DNA of 64,000 nucleotides, taken from NCBI RefSeq assembly GCF_021028975.2, contig NC_059427.1, positions 73,966,001-74,030,000 on the forward strand. Direction: 5' to 3'. The position numbers and the translations under genes are program-made. The DNA comes from Sphaerodactylus townsendi (Eukaryota). The notes beneath the pieces are model-generated. The model ran no database searches. It was not told the DNA's origin and saw nothing but the letters and a program-made list of their open reading frames with translations. Positions 24,121 to 36,186 of this stretch are shown in pieces (position 1 is the stretch's first letter; each line of letters opens with the position of its first letter).

Positions 24121-25759
24121 GCTCCAGGCATATTGAGGGTGCTGTATAAAGGCAGTCCTAAAAACACATTTAAGAAAACGTGTCAATATGCCTCTTTGTA
24201 TCTGGGTTTGATGAGATAGACTAAGGGAGAAAATTTCCAGAAGGCTAGCCATAGCAATTCATTACAGCAAAAAAAGAAGAAAAAAAGTATTGTGGCATCT
24301 GATTTAACTGATAAATGATTTAGCATGGCAAACGTTTTCTTTGGCCCAGATGCAAGAAGTGTGTCCTTAACTCAACTGTCATATATATATCCAAAATACA
24401 ACCCAAATCCAGTGGTACTTTAAAGACTAATCAAATTGATCCCAGCAAACATTTTTGTGTGACGGAGTTCACTTCATCAGACACATGACATTTACATCCA
24501 TACTAGTTATTTATACTTAGAATTATAAGCGACGGGTGTGTGAGGAATGCAGAGCTTCATGAAGCTGGAATGAATTTAGTTTATTTAAGATGCCACTGAA
24601 TTTTGGTTTTATCTTGCTACTATACACTTAACAAGGGTACCCTTCTGTAACTATTTTATTATTTCCAGTAAAGCTTACACTGTAATAACTCCGTGATTTT
24701 CAAAATGCCATAAGACCAATTTTTTGTTTGATCAGTTGTTCTTATTAGTCCCGGCAGTTTTTATATTAGACACTGAGCAATAATCAGCTCTGATCATTTA
24801 ATAAACTATCTGACAAACTATTGTTCTTCCATATCTGATATTACCCATACAGAGGCACTGGTGAAGAACTGTTCCTGCCACTTCATTTAAGATAAGGCTT
24901 TGGTTTGGTTTAATCTTCTCTGAGTAAAGAAATGGGTTAAATGAATCAAGGATGTTTGCTGATTGGACCGAGTTTTCTGAGAAGATTTTTGTGTCATTAG
25001 CTATCAAGGGAGTTTATGAATCATATCACTAAGTGGCCCAAGATGTCATGCAGAAAAAAGCACACCTTTGCCCCCTTTCCTGAAGAAAAAAAATTAATCC
25101 ATGCAGCTAGTTATAAGGAAAATTTTGTTAGGATTGCAGCCTAGATTCACTGATTCAGGCACTCAAGTTAGAACTTGCTCCCTTGCTTTCTGAAGATAAA
25201 AAAAGAAGTGGTTAGTTTGCTAAATGCAGTTCATTCACAGGCATAATAGGGGTGGTTTGTAAATTTCATATACTCAGGGCTATATAGTTCTGCTACATAA
25301 TCTATTTATCCCTTATGTCCAAATGATGAGGCATTTTATTTTAGAAACCTTAAAGATCTTCTGTGGGATTTTAATTACATGTACCATAGAGGTTTGATAC
25401 ATTTTTGTAATTTCTTTGATTTCCAGCCTTAAGCATTTTGGATGCTCAAACATAGTTTCAAATCTTCTGTAAATTAACAGCTGCTAAATCTCAGTCAGAA
25501 CACAAAGATTCCAGCAAGCAAAACCATATATTTGAGAACAGTTCTGTTTAAATCTATGCTCTGAAGGTGGTAATGGGTTATGACATTTTCCACCACCATT
25601 CTGAAATTTATGTGACAACATTTTTTACAGAGATGGACATGTTCTCCTAATCGAGATGTTGCACCCTAAAAATCTCTAACCCAAGAATGTTTGTTAATCC
25701 AACCAAGTTTTTTGAGCTTTAATTTTGGAATTTCTCTCCATGGCTCATACATGCACTAA

Positions 25760-26017
25760 CCTGGATAGCTTTAAAAAGGGCTTGGACAGATTTATGGAGG
25801 AGAAGTCAATCTATGGCTACCAATCTTGATCCTCCTTGATCTCAGATTGCAAATGCCTTAGCAGACCAGGAGCAGCAGCAGCAGAAGGCCATTGCTTTCA
25901 CATCCTGCATGTGAGCTCCCAAAGGCACTTGGTGGGCCACTGCGAGTAGCAGAATGCTGGACTAGATGGACTCTGGTCTGATCCAGCAGGCTAGTTCTTA
26001 TGTTCTTATGTTCTTAT
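25760..26017 (+). mobile_element. CR1 LINE 3' end with (TTCTTATG)n tail
   Basis: GGACTAGATGGACTCTGGTCTGATCCAG plus octamer tail. Confidence 0.85.
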
Positions 26018-26196
26018 ACAGGAAGACAATCTCTGGTGCTTTTATATTCATATTGCTTTCCCAAAGAACAGGCATGAAGTGAGCAAGCTTTGGTAGGTCT
26101 ACACAGAAATAAGTGCTATGTTCTTCAGTGTGGCTTACTCCTAGGAAAGTGTCATTGGGATTGCAGTCACCATCCAACTTCTTTCTGTCTCAGGAT

Positions 26197-26588
26197 CAGA
26201 GGTGGGATCCAGCAGGTTCTCACAGGTTCCCGAGAGTAGGTTACTAATTATTTGTGTGTGCCGAGAGGGGGTTACTAATTGGTGATTTTGCCACTTGATT
26301 TTTGCCTTAGTTATGCCCCTCCTCTCAGCAGTAGCGGGCAGAACTTGAAGCAGTCTAGCAGGAGGTGCACTGGCGTGCGTGGCAGCCTGTGCCTGCGTGC
26401 ATTCGTTTCCCGCCCAAGGACCGGCACAGCGGCTGCGTCCTTGCCACAGCCCCGCCCAGGAATGCCCTGCCTCTGGAATGCCCGGCCACGCCCCCGTCGT
26501 GCCCCACCCAGCCCCATTGGCGCTACGCCACAGTTTGAATCCCACCACCATGGGAACCTGTTACTAAAATTTTTGGATCCCACCACTG
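26197..26588. mobile_element. hAT MITE (same TIR family as 21615-21803, opposite orientation)
   Basis: TIRs CAGAGGTGGGATCC / GGATCCCACCACTG; exact TSD CTCAGGAT. Confidence 0.9.
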
Positions 26589-27979
26589 CTCAGGATATGT
26601 GGTGTGAATCTAAATCTAAATACAACAACTTGGAAATCAGCCTCATTTATTTCAGTTGTATACTTTTAAGGTTGTAACCTCTGTGTTTGCACACAACTTC
26701 TATCGATTGTTACCAGGTGCTGAATAATTCCTTGTTTTTGGAGCAAGCAATAAAAAAGAAAACTATCCAGTCTTTGGTGGGCCTGCATTTAGTTTCAGGA
26801 TAACATGTCCAAGCAATATCTGCTATGAATATTACTGAAGAATTGCTTAATCGAGTGTGCTGTGGTATTTAAAGGGTTGGACTGCAACCTGGGGCAACTA
26901 AAGTAAAATCTCTGCTTAGAAGCTCCCTGGGTGTCACTGGGCCACTCATACTTTTTCAGTTCCAACCTCACAGGTTCTTATCCTACGACATAATTGCCTA
27001 GCAATTGGTTCCCCCGTATTCCTTGCAGCCCAGCCAGTCTCCTGCCTGCCCTCCACCACAAGGAGCAAGCGGGGGGGGGGGGGTCCCAATTCTGGTTGTG
27101 CAGGATCATTCCCCCCACCTCCCATCCCGAAAAGAGGTGGGGGAGGAGAGCCCTATCCTGAGCATGCTCATTCCCCCCACCTCCCTTCTCCAGACCTTTG
27201 GGTCTTGGCAGGAAAGGAGAGCTTGATCCTGGGTAAAGCATGCAGGATCGTTCCCTCACCTCCCTTCCCAAGACTTGTGGGCCTTGGGAAGAGAGGTGGG
27301 AGGAAGGAGAGCCCAGTCCTGGGTAATAGACTGAGAGCACTCAGTCCATTACGCAGGATTGTTCCATTTTTTTATTTTAGAGAATATGTCTACAAAGCAT
27401 CACAGACTTGACATGAGAATCAGCATGGATTCTCATATCGAGTCTGTGAAGCTTTGAAAACACGTCCTCTAAAACAAAAAGGTGGGAAGTGATATATTTC
27501 CTCGCTGCTGTTGCTGCCAACAACAGCTGTCTAGAGCCCGCTTTATTGTTTACCACAGCGAGCTCTACTGGTAGTAAAAAGAAAAGTGGAAAACAATGGA
27601 AAAAACTGCTTTGGATCCCCAATAGGAGGAAAAGTGACTAAATTTTCCATTTAAAAATTTCCATTTAATGGAAAAGGACCATGGAGTCTGTCATAGTGTA
27701 ACTCCTATTTAATTCCAAGAAATATATCAAAGAAATATTGTTCTCTGTTCAGATCTGAAGGAATTCATGTCTTTGACAGTGTGATTTCCCCTCGTGACAC
27801 TTAACATTCATGGAAATAACAGAAAACAAACTTCAAATTTGTTCTTTCTTTTTTTCATAAGAAATAATATACATAACAACAATCAAATATGTAAAACAAT
27901 AATTAACATTTAACAGTTCAGGCCTGTTATGCTCAAGCAGACCAGCAGGCACTCAATCTTTTCTGTCTTCTGTCTAGCC

Positions 27980-28148
27980 CAGGGGTAGGGAACCTGCTGC
28001 TCTCCAGATGTTCAGGAACTACAATTCCCATCAGCCTCTTGTCAGCATGGCCATGCTGACACTGGCCATGCTGGTAGGCCATGCTGGTAGGGGCTGATGG
28101 GAATTGTAGTTCCTGAACATCTGGAGAGCCGCAGGTTCCCTACCCCTG
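27980..28148. mobile_element. Palindromic hAT MITE
   Basis: CAGGGGTAGGGAACC...GGTTCCCTACCCCTG; exact TSD GTCTAGCC. Confidence 0.9.
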
Positions 28149-28303
28149 GTCTAGCCAATCCCGAATAGACTTGCAACTCTGCTCTGCCTGGCTGAGTCAT
28201 CTGTTCTTTCTTTTCAGGAGTTGCAATGCAGCCCCAGAATATTAATATGTAGTTTTAAAACAAGTTTGGAGTCCTTCTGAGGTGAACTACCTACAGGTTC
28301 AGG

Positions 28304-28668
28304 AACTGGTGTAGCACCAATGGAGCGGGGGGGGGGGGATTCAACGGGGCGGGGGGGGAGTCCAGGTGCTCGGGAGCAACAGCTGCAGAAGGCCATTGCT
28401 TTCATATCCTGCAAGTGAGCTCCCAAAGGCACCTGGTGGCCACTGCGAGTAGCAGAGAGCTGGACTAGATGGACTCTGGTCTGATCCAGCTGGCTTGTTC
28501 TTATGTTCTTATGGGGGTGGGGGCGTGACGTCCCAGGCGGAGCTGCAGTGGAGGCATGGCTGGGCTGTAGAGGGGGCATTCTGGGGCATGGCAGGGGCAG
28601 GCGCCGTGGTGGCAGGGGCACATGGCACACGCATGCCCTGGGCGCAGTTTCCCCTCACTCTGCCCCTG
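28304..28668. mobile_element. hAT MITE with a nested CR1 3' end (about 28361-28512)
   Basis: TSD GGTTCAGG/GGTTCATG; CR1 tail TTCTTATG inserted in a G-run. Confidence 0.7.
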
Positions 28669-28862
28669 GGTTCATGCCCTCCAATCAATATGGGAAGATT
28701 GCGCCTTTTTTCTTTATATCAGTGGTTCCCAACCTGAAGTATGGATACCCCCAGTGGGACATACCAGAGTGTTTGAGGGTACATGAAAAAATTATGTAAT
28801 GGGTTTGCTAATATGGGAGTACCGTTTTAGGGAAATGCGTTGCTGTCCCCTATGCTGTCTTT

Positions 28863-29657
28863 GGTCAATTTCCCACTGGAAAATGAATGTGGATACAAAC
28901 TGGTTTGGTTTGATTCGGGACCTTTTCAGTGCAGTTTCATGGTCCCCACTGCAGCCTGTGGCCCCCAAACAACCCCTGCTCCAGGCGACGCAGCAGCCAG
29001 GCAAAATTCCCCACTGTTTGTGGATCTGCCACGCAATCCGGTCAGAGGCTTCCTGATTGGCTGCTCCATTGTGCTGGGGCGGGAATTTTTTATTTTTTAC
29101 ACTTCGGATCCACGTCTGTGCGAGCATGTGCAGAAATACTGCATGCAGAAACGAGGAAACGGGGAAACAGGCGTTTAAAGCAATGCCCCGTTTCTGTGCT
29201 GCTTTGTCTCCTCGTATCCACATGGACACGAGGTGTAGCATTTCTTTGTGTTGTCTTTCACACAGAAAATCATTCAAAACCAGCCCCATGTCGCCACGTA
29301 TCCGCGTGGATTTCAGCTACGTGAAATAAAAAATAATAAAATAAAGTGCTGCTCATGCATCGTGCACAGCCCACTGCACTCGGATTGGATGGGAGGCTCC
29401 ACGTCACTCGCAAGGGCAGGTAGCTCAAATCCAAATTCACCCCCCCCCCCAACTTCCCCACCGCTCCAGATTGGCCACGTGTTTTTAGAAAAGGTCTACT
29501 TCGTTCCAGGTTCTAAAATAACGTGTGCTGGAGGGGGGGGGGGAGCAACAGAAATGGGGTGAATGCACGTTTGGCGCTGGTGTAGTGAGGAGTTCTGCAG
29601 GAAACCTGGATATTTGGAGTGACGAACATGCATCTAATTGTGAGTGGGGAATCGACC
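28863..29657. mobile_element. Harbinger/PIF-like non-autonomous element
   Basis: TIRs GGTCAATTTCCCACT / AGTGGGGAATCGACC; TTT on both flanks. Confidence 0.6.
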
Positions 29658-29689
29658 TTTGTCCCCTATGCTGTCCTCTGCCTTGAGGC

Positions 29690-30885
29690 AGGACAGCATC
29701 TTTTAGAAACCAGGGTGTGGGCCATCACTTTCAAATTTTGGGTGTGCTTCTGTTTCTATTCTGACTCGCACAGCCTGGTCCGTGTGATGCATGAACTCAG
29801 GACCTCTGACTGATGGCTGTTAATCAAGGCTAAGATTTCCTCCTTGGGCCTTTCATGGGACTCCTTGCTCATGCTCACTCCCAATGAGATTTACCATCAA
29901 TTAAAAAATAAACTATTTGAGCAGGAATACCAACACCTTTTGAGCAAGGCATAGAGTTCCTGTTCAGCTTTGTACTTTGGGATTATTCCCTGGAAGCTCT
30001 GTGTTACCAAATGCCCATTATCTGGACCAACTTTTTAATCACAAACTCAGATGGGCATTTTCAAGAGCAAGATGCAATTCTTTTCTCCCGTCACTACTTC
30101 AAGGCCAGTTCTCAAACATCCCTCGGCATGATTTCTGCCCTTCTTATACTGACTCCCTTGAACATATCTTGCTCTTCTGCCCTAAGTACAACATCTTTAG
30201 GCCCGACTTCTCTGCCTTAACCTTGGTCAGATTCTCGGACCTTCCAACCAATGCAAAAATGACTTTTTTGCTCAACAATCCTGAGGCTGAAATAACTGAA
30301 ATTTCTGCTGCACGTTTTAGATTAGGTTCCCTTGGCTTTTGATCACATTACTCACACTGTTCTTTACTGGATTTACTCCTATTCTTTGTCCCTATGTTGT
30401 ATATGCCTAATAAATGTCTCTGCGTATGGCCTACTACCTCCATACTTTAACAAACCCATGCGCAAGGAGAGCCCTTACCATTGTGCGATTTAACGTTATG
30501 CCCTTTGCCCTATTAAAGGGTAGGTTCAGCAATTTAGAAAAATCTGCAAGGCTATGCACTTGCAAACTTAATGTGGTTGAAACCCTGACTCACCAACTCT
30601 TGCACTGCACCAGATTTGATAACATCAGATCTAAATATACCAACTTACATTTTTTCTTCCAATCTGGGCTGCCTGATCTGACTAGGTTATCTCTATTGTT
30701 AAACAACTCGGACCGTGGTCTTTGTGAAGAGGTCGCCAATTTCATTGTGGAGATAGTTGAGAGTTCTCAGTAGAACGTACTTGTGCTCCCCATGGGGCCT
30801 TTTTATCTATCATGTATTCATGCATTTGCTCCTGGTTTATGTATTTGTTTCTGACTATGCCAATAAAGGCTTATGTATGTATAAA
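29690..30885 (+). mobile_element. Two tandem RTE-X-like LINE 3' ends
   Basis: Two ORF remnants with RRALT..RFN..P.....GR....RLC.C...ET..H.LL.C zinc-finger-like C-termini, each followed by AATAAA; the second has a (TGTA)n tail. Confidence 0.6.
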
Positions 30886-31807
30886 TATCTCTGAATCTAA
30901 TTGAAATGAGTTGCCAAGGGGTACAGGAGTGGGAAAAAGTTGGGAACCACTGCCTTAGATGGAATATCCCAACTTACCTTGGTGATGGGGGACTGCGGCA
31001 CCCAACCCCCATATGTTTCTGCCCACATCATTGCTCCTCTGCTGCAGGAAGTTGCACTGGAGGGGAACATTTCTGGGATGTTCCCAGGGATAAATTCAGC
31101 TTTAGTTGGCTCCCAAAGAAGTTTTGGATTGGGAATGCCCCACTTCAATGGCACCACCAAAATATCCCTCTATGCCAGGTTTTACTGGGAGAGAAAGGAG
31201 CTTTCCCTTCTCTCCCCAGCACCCACACTGCTGATTGGGTTGTTACTGTAAAAGGCTTTACTGTAAAATGAAATCAGAATTTTCCATGGCTCCATGGGAA
31301 TAAGTCAAAATCATCTTAAAATAGCAAAAGATATTCCATTTTTTAAAATTACAGGCTATTTACATTAAATTGTACTAGATGTCATTGTTTCAGTTCCAGT
31401 TTTTTCATGATCTGAGTGGTATCCTTGCAGATGCTCCTAATGCTCTTTAAAATTAGGTTATTTTTTGGGGGGTGGATTGGTAGATTGTCACAAGGGGAAA
31501 TTAATAATAATGAATGTTGCAGTTTTTAACACCACCTGAACCTACAATATGAAAAAAAAGTGACAAGTGTTGTAAAGAGTATCCAATATATCATTAACAA
31601 GTGTGTGAGATTTGGAAAAATAAACATAAAAAAGGAGTTAAGACTTGTGAGAACTGGGGGCTGCCAGCCAAACTCTGTTTTAAGTAGTTTGTCATTAGAT
31701 CATTTCTGAGTATTCCATTTTAAAACAGCCAATGCCAAATAAGCAAAAACCAAAAAAGGGGGGCCACCCTTCTGCTCCCAGCTGAATGAGATGCGCAGTA
31801 ACACCAA

Positions 31808-31948
31808 GGTCCCTTCTGCACATGCTGAATAATGCACTTTCAATCCACTTACACAATTGATTGCAAGTGAATTTTGCTGTTCTGCACAGCCGCAAAGTGC
31901 ATTGAAAATGAATTGAAAGTGCATTATTCTGCATGTGCGGATGGGGCC
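31808..31948. mobile_element. Palindromic Harbinger-like MITE
   Basis: GGTCCCTTCTGCACATG...CATGTGCGGATGGGGCC; 3-bp TSD CAA. Confidence 0.75.
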
Positions 31949-32599
31949 CAACTGTTACCTATCACCAGATGTATTCCCTCTGGACTATTAACTCCAGGTT
32001 TGGAAAGTCCTGGGTATTTCTGGGGTGGAGCCTGACGATGTTGGAATTTGGGGAAACGAGGAGCTCAACGGATTACAATGCCATAGAATCCATTCTCCAA
32101 AATTGTCATTTTCTCCAGGCAAACTGATTCTGTTTTGGAGTTCTGTTGTGGAGTTTTGTTATATTTCTTGAAGAATTCCAGGCGCTCCCTGGAAGATGGC
32201 AATCTTACACTCTGTGCTTCATAGGAGCATTCACAAACGCTCGTTGTAAGATTACAGTTTCTGACGTCTTTATTAAACCGTTCTTGAACGAAGGTGTAGC
32301 CAAAATTAAAAAAGAAATGTGTGGTATTTTAAATAAGAATCGACTTGTTGGCAAATATTGCAGCTAACCAAGTGGGTCACACCCCAAATCCAAAAGGGAT
32401 TACAGGGTTTTGCTTTCGGATTTAACCCAAAGCATTTACTTTGCTCAGTCAGCGACTCAGCAAGTGTCGTGTCACAAAGACTTTTTGTTTTTTGCTTCAA
32501 TAGGGACATTTCCTCGGTTCCCTAACTGGAAGTTGCAACGGTTACAAACTGCAGCGCAGAACAGCCTTATCCCGTTTCAGTCGCAGGAAGCCTGTAAAA

Positions 32600-33120
32600 C
32601 CAGCACTCCAGCTTGAAAGAAAAAACAGGTTTCCATTCATCAGCGTTGAAACCCCTGCATCGCTGTCCCTCAAACTCTCGCGAGATCAAAATTAATACAC
32701 GCCCCCCCTCCCCTCCATCAGCGTCGTCATCAGGCGAGCCGGCGCGGGGAAGGAGGGAGGGGCCGGCCTGGTTCCGCCGCTGCTTTTCCGACCCGGCCTG
32801 CGCCATGGCGCCTTGGAGCCCGGCTGACGCGCGTCTGCTGGCGGGAGGGCTCCGTCGCCTCCTCCTTTCGGTCGACTCGCGGCCCAAGCAGGCCTGCTAG
32901 AAGCGGGCGAGCCCAGTCCCAGGGCTGCTGGCGGCCCAAGAAAAGGTACTTGAGAAGGAGCCGTCCGCATCGCAGAGGGGCCATGGGGCCTGGTTGTTTA
33001 CGGCGACGAGTGGGCGGGGCTGCCGGATAATAGTCCGGGCCGGCGCCGCCTTCGGGCCGGGGCAGTCTGTACAGAGCTGATTCTGGGGAAGGTTATATGG
33101 CCATGGCCTCATTCAGCGCA
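32600..33120 (+). promoter_or_regulatory. KIAA1191 CpG-island promoter and leader exon 1 (donor AAG|GTACTT after 32945)
   Basis: CpG island; perfect TCTCGCGAGA palindrome (BANP/ZBTB33-type motif) at 32676-32685; only CpG island upstream of the KIAA1191 CDS on this strand. Confidence 0.7.
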
Positions 33121-33125
33121 GGCTG

Positions 33126-33471
33126 GAGAGGCAATGTGGTGGATTCTAATCTGGTGATCCGGGTTTGATTCCCCACTTCTCTACCTGAGTGGCGGAGGCT
33201 TATCTGGTGAACTAGATGTGTTTCTGCACTCCTACATCCCTGCTGGGTGACCTTGGGCTAGTCACAGTTCTCTCGGAACTCGTTCAGCCCCACCTACCTC
33301 TCAAGCTGTTCTGTTGTGGGGAGAGGAAGGGAAAGGACCTTCTAAGCCACCTTGGGTCTCCTTACAGGAGAGAAAGATGGGGTATAAATCCAAACTGTTG
33401 TTGTAGGTTTGTAGGCCACCTTGAGTCTCCCCACAGGACATGAAGGTGGGGTATAAATCCAAACTCTTCTT
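33126..33471 (+). mobile_element. Squam3-type SINE with duplicated 3' tail
   Basis: B box GGTTTGATTCCCC; the GCCACCTTG.GTCTCC...GGGGTATAAATCCAAACT tail occurs twice. Confidence 0.8.
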
Positions 33472-33614
33472 CATAGCTGTCATGGAAGTCCGCCCTGCCC
33501 CTATCACCACCTTTGACTGGGAAGGACCATGCCTCCTTCACAGAGCAGCCCTGAGAGTGTGGGATGGCCGTGTTTCAAACACAGGGCAGATGTTCAAAAA
33601 AGGAAATGTAATCG

Positions 33615-33831
33615 GGTGCTGTGTGGTTTCCGGGCTGTATGGCCATGTTTTAGCAGCATTCTCTCCTGACGTTTCGCCTGCATCTGTGGCTGGCATCTTC
33701 AGAGGATCATCCTCTGAAGATGCCAGCCACAGATGCAGGCGAAACGTCAGGAGAGAATGCTGCTAGAACATGGCCAAACAGCCCGGAAACCACACAGCAC
33801 CCAAGTGATTCCGGCCGTGAAAGCCTTCGAC
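33615..33831. mobile_element. Penelope-like element remnant: inverted pLTR pair
   Basis: About 94-bp inverted arms centred on 33708; TSD GAAATGTAATCG/GAAATGTAGTCG. Confidence 0.8.
33710..33752 (+). ncRNA. Minimal type I hammerhead ribozyme motif (Penelope-associated); mirror copy on the minus strand at about 33664-33706
   Basis: TCCT-CTGAAGA-TGCC(loop)GGC-GAAAC-GTC-AGGA: core boxes, stem I TCCT/AGGA, stem II GCC/GGC, palindromic ACGT in place of stem III. Confidence 0.65.
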
Positions 33832-35514
33832 GAAATGTAGTCGCTCAGGCGTTGAGCAGGAGATACGGGTTATGGTGAAGTTTTGTAGCTGCTACCTCTC
33901 CATCTCGCTGCACGAAGCTTCCTCTTCCGTTCCCTGTTCTTCGGCCCCAGCGATGTTGCTGCACCTGTTGCCTGCACTTCCCTCAGTTTGTCTGTGCCTT
34001 CCCCACATCCCTCTTGGGATCGGGAATGGCTGTGGATGGAGGATTGAAACCTCCCCTTTTTTTGCAGATAAACAAAATGGCTTTTGGTGCTGCTGTGGCA
34101 TCGGTTGCTGTGAGGAGTTTGGAGTGTGCTATTCCCAGTATCCTGGCACCCTCTTTACGTCTCTTCCACTTAGACTTAATAGCTAGCTTGCTGGGTCTCT
34201 AAGCAGCAGCGGTTGAGCTCCAGAGGATTTGTTAACATCTGAACAAGACCTGGCCTCTGGCCATTTTGTGGGACTCTCTTGCTCTTGTCACAGTGGCAGG
34301 CTTCATGTTTGGTATTTTTAGTTAAATGCAAAATAATCAGCCTTCTAATATGGAGGATGGTGGTTGTTTGGATGTGCTTTTTCTGCACTTAGGGAGTTCA
34401 GAAGAATTTTGATGAATAAGCATTATTATGTAAAGGGTGTAGTCTTGGATAATAGTGTGTGACGTGTGGAAAAACAGCCAGTAAATTGAGGTATGATGTT
34501 TTATTTCCAGTGGTCTTTCTCATCTGGTTGAAGTGCCTACTCTTCCTGATACAAAGGGATAGATAGTACATTCCTCAGAAGAAGCATTTGCCTTAGGTTT
34601 TGGAGAAAATTACTGTATTTTAAACAAATTTTGGTGATAAATTTAAGAGCAAAGCACCACTACTGAATTCTTTATTTTGTTTTAAAGAACTTAAGCTGAA
34701 TGTGAATTCAGGTCTTATTTCAACCTTACTTGTTGCTCAGATGTTGGCTTTACATCTGGGCATGAAACAGTGTTATGCTTTTGTGACTCTGTGTCATCAC
34801 TGCAGTACTAATATACTAACTTGTAACACATTGAACATGTTTTTAATAGATATTTGTTAGCCAAACATCAGATGGTCTGTTGGTTGGGACCATTTCATAT
34901 GTTACAAAACTTCATATGTTATAAACTTTTGCAGGAAGGTATTTTGGGGTTGTACATTTCTTTCTCAATGGATATACTTCCATGTAGGAAATTTAAATAG
35001 TTGAGGTGACCTTTAGAATATTCATTTTTGATGAATAAAGTATAGTCTTGTGTTGCAATTGTAGACTTCCTTGTTCCTTCAGTTTAGTAAAGAATGTCTT
35101 CTAAATTTTTGTCAGTTATATCTGCATGGAAGTTCGTGGAGATGCTTTGCTAGTTTCAGCCTCAGAAGCAGAATGGTCCTTTTTTGACATCTCTTTCTCT
35201 CATCATATCTTGTGGTAAGATATTTTAGCCTTTTAAATCATAAAGTACATTACATCAAATCAGATGCATTTCTAGTGAACTAGGGCAAGCTTGATTTTTA
35301 ATTGCTGTTTGATTTTAATCTTCGGTATAAAAGCTACCATGACTTTCTTTAGAAGGAATACAGCTTGTAGCTGCCTTAGGTACTGTTATTGTTTGGGTCA
35401 GAGGCAGGATCCTTTTCTCTAGTATAATCTTTGCAGATGAAAATGCCCTCTGTTTTTAGGTAACAGGATCCCTGTTTTGGATTTCCATATAGTGAAAGAC
35501 GTGGAGTTCCAGTC

Positions 35515-35542
35515 ATGGCTTCAAGACGAACAGATGTTCCTG
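35515..35542 (+). CDS. KIAA1191: KIAA1191 (p33MONOX) first coding segment
   Basis: GTCATGG context; MASRRTDVP; donor G|GTAAAA. Confidence 0.85.
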
Positions 35543-35608
35543 GTAAAATTCATTCTCTGAGCAATTGTAAATTCTTTGTCAAAGGCAACTGCAATGTGTG
35601 GTTGGTTT

Positions 35609-35892
35609 GAGAGCCAGTGTAGTGTAATGGTTAAGAGCAGGTGGACTCCAATCAGGAGAACCGGGTTTGATTCCCCACTCCTCCACATGAGTGAACCAGA
35701 TTTGTTTCCCCATTCCTACGTTCCTGCTGGGTGACCTTGGGCTAGTCACAGTTCTTCAGAACTCTCTCAGCCCAGTTCACCTCTCAAAGTGTCTGTTTTG
35801 TGGGGAGAGGAAGGCAAAGGAGTTTGAAATCCCCTTTGAATCTCCTACAGGAGAGAAAGACAGGGCATGAATCCAAACTGGTGGTCTTCTTC
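35609..35892 (+). mobile_element. Squam3-type SINE
   Basis: A and B boxes, GCTGGGTGACCTTGGGCTAGTCAC core, CTT tail. Confidence 0.8.
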
Positions 35893-36186
35893 TAATTAGG
35901 TGTAAATATTAAAACTTATCAAGAGTAACAGGAGGTTGTACCAAGCTGCACGTAAGCATTTTTAGAGTTCAAGCACCTGCTTCAAAAAGGCTAGTAATTT
36001 TTGTTTCGTTGATAAGACATTGTTAGTGTAGCAACTGCTGTTTTTATCTTTGATTAGGGATGCTAATGATTTACTACTTACTATTCACCAATAATGATGA
36101 ATAGCCTACTAAAACGAGGTAGCACTTTCATGAGAAGCAATAGCCTTTAGTTTGAACTTGTGCCTAGATAAAATAGGAATCACTTC

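Larger units (their letters stand above)
28720..30952. mobile_element. hAT (Charlie-like) shell containing nested elements
   Basis: TIRs CAGTGGTTCCCAAC / GTTGGGAACCACTG; TSD CTTTATAT/CCTTAGAT with 2 mismatches. Confidence 0.6.

Noticed and set aside
35160-35214. Extra non-coding KIAA1191 leader exon (TTTCAG|...GTG|GTAAGA)
   Set aside because: Splice signals are plausible, but it cannot be supported without transcripts
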